This document shows positions 59,201-64,000 of a stretch of 64,000 bases of DNA, in pieces. The notes beneath the pieces are model-generated. The model did no database searches. It was not told where the DNA came from and saw only the letters and a program-made list of their open reading frames with translations. Within the stretch, counting starts at the first letter, position 1; each line of letters starts with the position of its first letter. The stretch is from contig CALEHY010000019.1 of NCBI GenBank assembly GCA_937876375.1, positions 3,858 to 67,857 of the forward strand, read 5' to 3'. The stretch is from an uncultured Clostridia bacterium. GTDB taxonomy: Bacteria; Bacillota; Clostridia; Oscillospirales; Acutalibacteraceae. The position numbers were made by a program, and so were the translations under genes.

Positions 59201-59546
59201 CTTTAGTCTCTATACTTTTTAGCTTGTCAAAAAGCTCCATTCCTTTTTCGATAGAATCATCAGCGACAAATCTAAGCTCCGGTGTCTTGCGTAGCTTTAG
59301 GGATGAGCCAAGTCGACTACGGATAAAGCCCTGTGCAGCCTTTAGTCCCTTGACAGAAGCCTTGGCGTCCTCGATACCCTTTAGCGAGCTGATATATGCT
59401 GTGGCATAGCTAAGGTCGTTGCTAACGTCGACCTTAACCACAGTGAGCATACTACCGGACACACGAGGGTCCTTGACCTCTCGCAATATAGCGATAAGCT
59501 CACGCTTAACGTCCTCTGTAATTCTGTCTATTCTATATCCAGCCAT
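59190..59546 (-). CDS. rbfA: Ribosome-binding factor A
   Basis: KDPRV, V.VSNDLSYA, LRKTPELRF..D.S; operon position. Confidence 0.97.
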   Translation of the reverse strand: MAGYRIDRITEDVKRELIAILREVKDPRVSGSMLTVVKVDVSNDLSYATAYISSLKGIEDAKASVKGLKAAQGFIRSRLGSSLKLRKTPELRFVADDSIEKGMELFDKLKSIETKDED

Positions 59547-59559
59547 AAAAACCTCATTT

Positions 59560-59655
59560 TAGTTGCTAGTTGTTAGTCGTTAGTTGCTAGTTTTTTGGAT
59601 GAGCTCTGCTCATACTCGATTTAACTAGCAACTAGAAACTAGAAACTAACAACTA
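59560..59655. repeat. Inverted heptad-repeat mini-element B between infB and rbfA
   Basis: TAGTTGC-TAGTTGT-TAGTCGT-TAGTTGC-TAGTT ... ATGAGC-TCT-GCTCAT ... AACTAGC-AACTAGA-AACTAGA-AACTAAC-AACTA. Confidence 0.85.
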
Positions 59656-62025
59656 ATCTCTATATTCCTCAACATAATATGCCTCTAGGATATCGCCCTG
59701 CTTGATATCGTCGAAGTCCTCAAGTGTGATACCACACTCGTAACCTGATGATACCTCCTTAACCTCGTCCTTAAATCTCTTAAGGTTTGCGATACCACAA
59801 TCAGCAACCTGCTTGCCGTCACGGATAACTCTTACCTTACCAGCACGACGAATTGTACCAGAGGTAACAAGTGAACCAGCAACTGTACCAGCAGATGAAA
59901 TCTTGAACACCTCTCTGACCTCAACAGTACCAGTGTCAACGTCACGATATTTTGGTGCTCTCATACCACGCATAGCGTTCTCGATATCCTCGATTGCATC
60001 GTAGATAATGTTGTATGTCTTAATCTCGATGCCATCACGGTCTGCATTATCCTTTGCAACTGGGTCAACGTCAACAGCGAAGCCAACGATGATAGCATTT
60101 GATGCAGATGCAAGCATAACATCGCTCTCATTGATTAGACCAACGCCACCGTGGATAATCTTTACTCTAACCTCATCATTCTCGATCTTGAGAAGTGACT
60201 GCTTAACAGCCTCAACAGAGCCCTGAACGTCAGCCTTGACGATGATATTAAGCTCCTTCATCTCGCCATCCTGAATTGTATCAAATAGAGTATCAAGTGT
60301 AACCTTCTGGAATGCCTTGAACTCCTCTTCCTTTGCCTCTGCCTTTCTCTGCTCAACAAGCTGTCTAGCAAGCTTTTCGTCAGATACAGCGTTGAACAAA
60401 TCACCACTCATTGGTGCAGCGTCAAGACCCATAACCTCTACTGGAACAGATGGAGTAGCCTCATTTAGCTTTCTGCCACGGTAGTCAGTCATAGCTCTAA
60501 CCTTACCAACAGCTGTGCCAGCAACGATAACATCACCAGAGTGAAGAGTACCATTCTGTACGAGTAGAGTAGCGATAGGACCTCTGCCCTTGTCTAGCTT
60601 TGCCTCGATAACAACACCCTTTGCTGTACGAGCAGGGTTAGCCTTTAGCTCACACATTTCAGCAACAAGACCGATTGTCTCGAGTAGCTTGTCGATACCC
60701 ATCTTTGTCTTTGCAGATACTGGAACACAGATGATATTACCACCCCACTCCTCTGGGATGAGCTCATGCTCTGTGAGCTGTTGCATAATTCTATCTGGGT
60801 TTGCACCCTCTTTATCCATCTTGTTGATAGCAACGATAATCTCTACACCAGCAGCCTTTGCGTGATTAATAGCCTCGATAGTCTGTGGCATAATACCATC
60901 ATCAGCAGCAACAACAAGAACAGCAATATCAGTGCTCATAGCACCTCTAGCTCTCATAGCTGTGAATGCTGCGTGTCCTGGTGTGTCAAGGAATGTGATA
61001 GTCTGGCCATCAGCAGTGTTAACCTGATATGCACCGATAGCCTGGGTGATACCACCAGCCTCGGTAGAGGTAACGTCTGTGTTACGGATAGCATCAAGGA
61101 TTGAGGTCTTACCATGGTCAACGTGACCCATTACACAAACAACTGGTGGACGAGTGATAGCGTTCTCATCATCCTCAATCTCTTCCTCAATAATCTGCTC
61201 CTCGATAGTAACGACAACCTCTTTCTCTACCTTTGCACCAAGCTCGGTTGCAACGATATCAGCTGTGTCGTAGTCGATAACCTCGTTAACGCCAACCATC
61301 ATACCAAGCTTCATAAGCTCTTTGATAACCTCGTTAGCTGTCATACGAAGTAGTGAAGCAAGCTCACCAACAGTAATTTCCTCTGGAACAGAAATCTTAA
61401 TCTGTTGCTTCTTTCTCTGCTCTGCGATACGAGCTAGACGCTGTGCCTCTGTCTCCTTCTTTGAGCGAGCGTGCATGCCCTGTGGCTTCTTCTTTCTGTA
61501 CTGCTTGCTCTTTTGTGAAAGCTTCTGCTTCTTCTGATAATCGCCAACAGAATTTGCTGGAGCGATATCATCATACTTTTGATTGTATTTTTCTAGGTCA
61601 ACAGTGTTTGCTCTAGTGTCGATATGACGAGCCTCACCCTTTGTTCTAGCCTGTGGAGCCTGGGTAGCCTTTTTCTTTGCCTTCTCCTCTGCTCTCTTTG
61701 CAGCCTGCTCTGCCATCTGTAAAATAGCAGCCTGTGACTGATGCTTCTTGCTCTTTGCATCGTCCTTCTTTGGCTCTGCCTTCTTCTTTGGTGCAGAGTC
61801 CTTCTTCTTTTCTACCTTTTTCTTTGTTGCAAAATATGCGTTAAAATCACTGTGGCTGTTCATCTGTGTTAGCTTGTCAAACACAATGTTTAGCTCATCC
61901 TGAGTTAGAACAGTACCAGCCTTCTTTGCTGGACCATCGCAATATTCAGTAAGGATTTCAACGATTTCTTTATTAGATTTACCAAAATCCTTTGCAATAT
62001 CGGAAACCTTTAGCTTAATTACCAT
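59653..62025 (-). CDS. infB: Translation initiation factor IF-2
   Basis: [42 protein letters not shown]. Confidence 0.99.
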   Translation of the reverse strand: MVIKLKVSDIAKDFGKSNKEIVEILTEYCDGPAKKAGTVLTQDELNIVFDKLTQMNSHSDFNAYFATKKKVEKKKDSAPKKKAEPKKDDAKSKKHQSQAAILQMAEQAAKRAEEKAKKKATQAPQARTKGEARHIDTRANTVDLEKYNQKYDDIAPANSVGDYQKKQKLSQKSKQYRKKKPQGMHARSKKETEAQRLARIAEQRKKQQIKISVPEEITVGELASLLRMTANEVIKELMKLGMMVGVNEVIDYDTADIVATELGAKVEKEVVVTIEEQIIEEEIEDDENAITRPPVVCVMGHVDHGKTSILDAIRNTDVTSTEAGGITQAIGAYQVNTADGQTITFLDTPGHAAFTAMRARGAMSTDIAVLVVAADDGIMPQTIEAINHAKAAGVEIIVAINKMDKEGANPDRIMQQLTEHELIPEEWGGNIICVPVSAKTKMGIDKLLETIGLVAEMCELKANPARTAKGVVIEAKLDKGRGPIATLLVQNGTLHSGDVIVAGTAVGKVRAMTDYRGRKLNEATPSVPVEVMGLDAAPMSGDLFNAVSDEKLARQLVEQRKAEAKEEEFKAFQKVTLDTLFDTIQDGEMKELNIIVKADVQGSVEAVKQSLLKIENDEVRVKIIHGGVGLINESDVMLASASNAIIVGFAVDVDPVAKDNADRDGIEIKTYNIIYDAIEDIENAMRGMRAPKYRDVDTGTVEVREVFKISSAGTVAGSLVTSGTIRRAGKVRVIRDGKQVADCGIANLKRFKDEVKEVSSGYECGITLEDFDDIKQGDILEAYYVEEYRD

Positions 62026-62041
62026 ATAGTTTTCCTCCTTG

Positions 62042-62356
62042 TTATTCGTTAATTAGTTCAATTATTCTCTTTGCAAAATTTTCGTCATCAACAGTGATAA
62101 CACCAGCCTTGTAGCCGAGCGCAAAATGTAGCTCGTCAATGCTATCATCTAATCTTATGCTAGGAAGATTTGGCATATATTCGTCAGTGAGCATTTCAAA
62201 CTCACGAACAAGTCTGTCGCTCATATCAGTAGCAAAAAGCAAGAGCTTTGCCTTTCTACCCTTTATTGACTTTTCTGCCATATCGTGACCCATAGACAGC
62301 CTACCTGCTCTGCGAGCCATACCAAGCATAGATAAATATTTTTTGTTATCAGCCAT
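62042..62356 (-). CDS. ylxQ: L7Ae-family RNA-binding protein
   Basis: LGMARRAG.L..G, KLLLFA.D.S; position in the nusA-infB operon. Confidence 0.88.
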   Translation of the reverse strand: MADNKKYLSMLGMARRAGRLSMGHDMAEKSIKGRKAKLLLFATDMSDRLVREFEMLTDEYMPNLPSIRLDDSIDELHFALGYKAGVITVDDENFAKRIIELINE

Positions 62357-62612
62357 TGATTTCTTCTTCCATTTTATCGTAAACAGCGTCCTCGATAGAT
62401 ACGCCAAACGCTCTGTCAAACGCCTTTTTCTTGCGTGCTTTTTTTAGACAATCGGCATTCTTGCACACATATGCTCCTCTGCCACTCTTTTTGCCAGTCA
62501 AGTCTAGGCTAATCTCGCCATCTGGGCTCTTAACCACTCTGACTAGCTCACGCTTGTCAAACATTTCTCCACAGCCAGTACACATACGCAGTGGAATTTT
62601 TTTCGTTTTCAT
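62349..62612 (-). CDS. ylxR: YlxR (RnpM) nucleic-acid-binding protein
   Basis: IPLRMCTGC...KRELVRVV...GRGAYVC. Confidence 0.95.
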   Translation of the reverse strand: MKTKKIPLRMCTGCGEMFDKRELVRVVKSPDGEISLDLTGKKSGRGAYVCKNADCLKKARKKKAFDRAFGVSIEDAVYDKMEEEING

Positions 62613-62621
62613 CAAATCACC

Positions 62622-63683
62622 TTAGCCCTCGTAGAAGCCACTCTCTGGCTTGATATCGATTTTCCAAGAGGTGAGCTTTGCAGCTAGACGAACATTCTGT
62701 CCCTTGTTACCGATAGCAAGTGAAAGCTGGTCATCTGGAACAGTAGCACGACAGCTCTTTGCACCCTCATCAAGAATTTCAACAGATACAACATCTGATG
62801 GAGCAAGTGCAGCAGATACGAACTCTACTGGGTCATCACTGTACTTAACGATATCAATCTTTTCGCCACCAAGAGCATCAACAATGTTAGATACTCTCTG
62901 ACCTCTAGGACCGATACAAGCTCCTACTGGATCAACGTCCTCATCCTTTGAGAACACAGCAATCTTTGTACGAGAGCCAGCCTCACGAGATACAGACTTA
63001 ATCTCGATAGTGCCATCAAAAATCTCTGGTACCTCTGTCTCAAATAGTCTACGAACAAGACCAGGGTGTGTACGAGAAATCATAACCTTTGGTCCCTTTG
63101 TGCTCTCCTTAACGTCTACAACAAAAATCTTTGTCATATCGCCCTCTGTGAACACCTCACCAGGTACCTGCTCTGCTCTAGGTAGGATAGCCTCGTTCTT
63201 GCCAATCTCTAGTGTGATATTGCCACTAACTGGGTCAATTCTAACAACCTTTGCAGATAGAAGCTCTTGGTTCTTGCTCTGGAACTCCTGTAGCATCTGT
63301 CCTCTTTCAGCCTCACGAATACCCTGACGGATAACATGCTTCGCTGTCTGAGCAACAATTCTACCAAACTGCTTTGTCTTTAGTGGGATATCGATTGTCT
63401 TGCCAACCTTTGCACTCTTACGGATGAGCTGTGCCTGCTCTAGTGTCAAGTCAGTATCTGGGTCCTCGATTTCCTCAACAACATTCTTTCTAACATAAAC
63501 CTTGATTTTCTGCTTGTCAGGGTCGATATCACAATGAACAATATCCTTGCCATTGTAGTCATGCTTTGCAGCAACGATAATCGCAGCAGAAATCTTGTCA
63601 TACATATATTCCTCTGTGATACCCTTTTCAGCACAAATCATTTTTACTGCTTCAAAAAATTCCTTACTCATTTTTCCTATCAT
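62622..63683 (-). CDS. nusA: Transcription factor NusA (start may be 63671)
   Basis: FGRIVAQTAK, SRTHPGLV..LFE.EVPEI, REAGSRTK, LSLAIG..GQNVRLAA. Confidence 0.98.
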   Translation of the reverse strand: MIGKMSKEFFEAVKMICAEKGITEEYMYDKISAAIIVAAKHDYNGKDIVHCDIDPDKQKIKVYVRKNVVEEIEDPDTDLTLEQAQLIRKSAKVGKTIDIPLKTKQFGRIVAQTAKHVIRQGIREAERGQMLQEFQSKNQELLSAKVVRIDPVSGNITLEIGKNEAILPRAEQVPGEVFTEGDMTKIFVVDVKESTKGPKVMISRTHPGLVRRLFETEVPEIFDGTIEIKSVSREAGSRTKIAVFSKDEDVDPVGACIGPRGQRVSNIVDALGGEKIDIVKYSDDPVEFVSAALAPSDVVSVEILDEGAKSCRATVPDDQLSLAIGNKGQNVRLAAKLTSWKIDIKPESGFYEG

Positions 63684-63692
63684 CCTCTCAAA

Positions 63693-64000
63693 TTAAATTT
63701 CTTTGTTAAAATCATTTATATCAAAATCGTCAAGCTTGACATACGATGTCTCCTTCTTGTCAAAGGTCATCTCTGTGTCATCCTTTAGCCTAACGGTAAT
63801 TTGCTTGTTTTCAAAGCTGGTCATAACACCATTAAAGTCACGCACACCATCAACAGCACGGATAAGTCGTACCATAACTGGTGAGCCAACATATTTTTCA
63901 AAATGCTCGTCACGGATGAGCTCACGCTCAACACCAGGTGAGCTAACCTCTAGCATATAGCTCTGTGATATTGGGTCAGCCTCGTCAAGTGGTTTTGTGA
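63693..64000 (-). CDS. rimP: Ribosome maturation factor RimP, 5' end outside the window
   Basis: LDEADPISQSYMLEVSSPGVEREL; position before nusA. Confidence 0.95.
   Translation of the reverse strand, partial: TKPLDEADPISQSYMLEVSSPGVERELIRDEHFEKYVGSPVMVRLIRAVDGVRDFNGVMTSFENKQITVRLKDDTEMTFDKKETSYVKLDDFDINDFNKEI

Noticed and set aside
1..64000. Stop-codon reassignment or programmed frameshifts
   Set aside because: All conserved genes translate full length with the standard code, and the only tRNA has an ordinary Gln anticodon.

Overview
Chromosomal window from an anaerobic gut-type Clostridia bacterium (gene content and order suggest Oscillospirales/Ruminococcaceae-like; inference only). The housekeeping backbone is pfkB (partial), purL, apgM, gdhA, tRNA-Gln(CTG) and the rimP-nusA-ylxR-ylxQ-infB-rbfA-nrnA-truB-ribF operon. 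It is interleaved with many secreted/surface proteins, sugar-catabolism genes, a Zn-type ABC uptake locus and several small non-coding repeat elements. No CRISPR array, intact transposase, integrase, prophage or reverse transcriptase was seen. Most notable: (1) three unrelated secreted proteins share a near-invariant single Ca-loop/helix 'half-dockerin' tag (D-x-x-x-D-G-x-x-N-A-K-D-Y-A-K), one co-operonic with a ~2180-aa Ig/FIVAR repeat protein that lacks any recognisable anchor, a candidate non-canonical surface docking system; (2) a cobalamin riboswitch controls a stand-alone transcobalamin-like surface protein; (3) an orphan tandem BY-kinase/phosphatase/Ig module has no polysaccharide synthesis genes in the window; (4) two single-gene cassettes are bounded by direct repeats with no recombinase; (5) two inverted-heptad mini-elements have the same architecture but different sequence; (6) a 182-bp structured insert duplicates the tRNA-Gln 3' end. 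All family calls are from motif recognition by eye, with no database searches.
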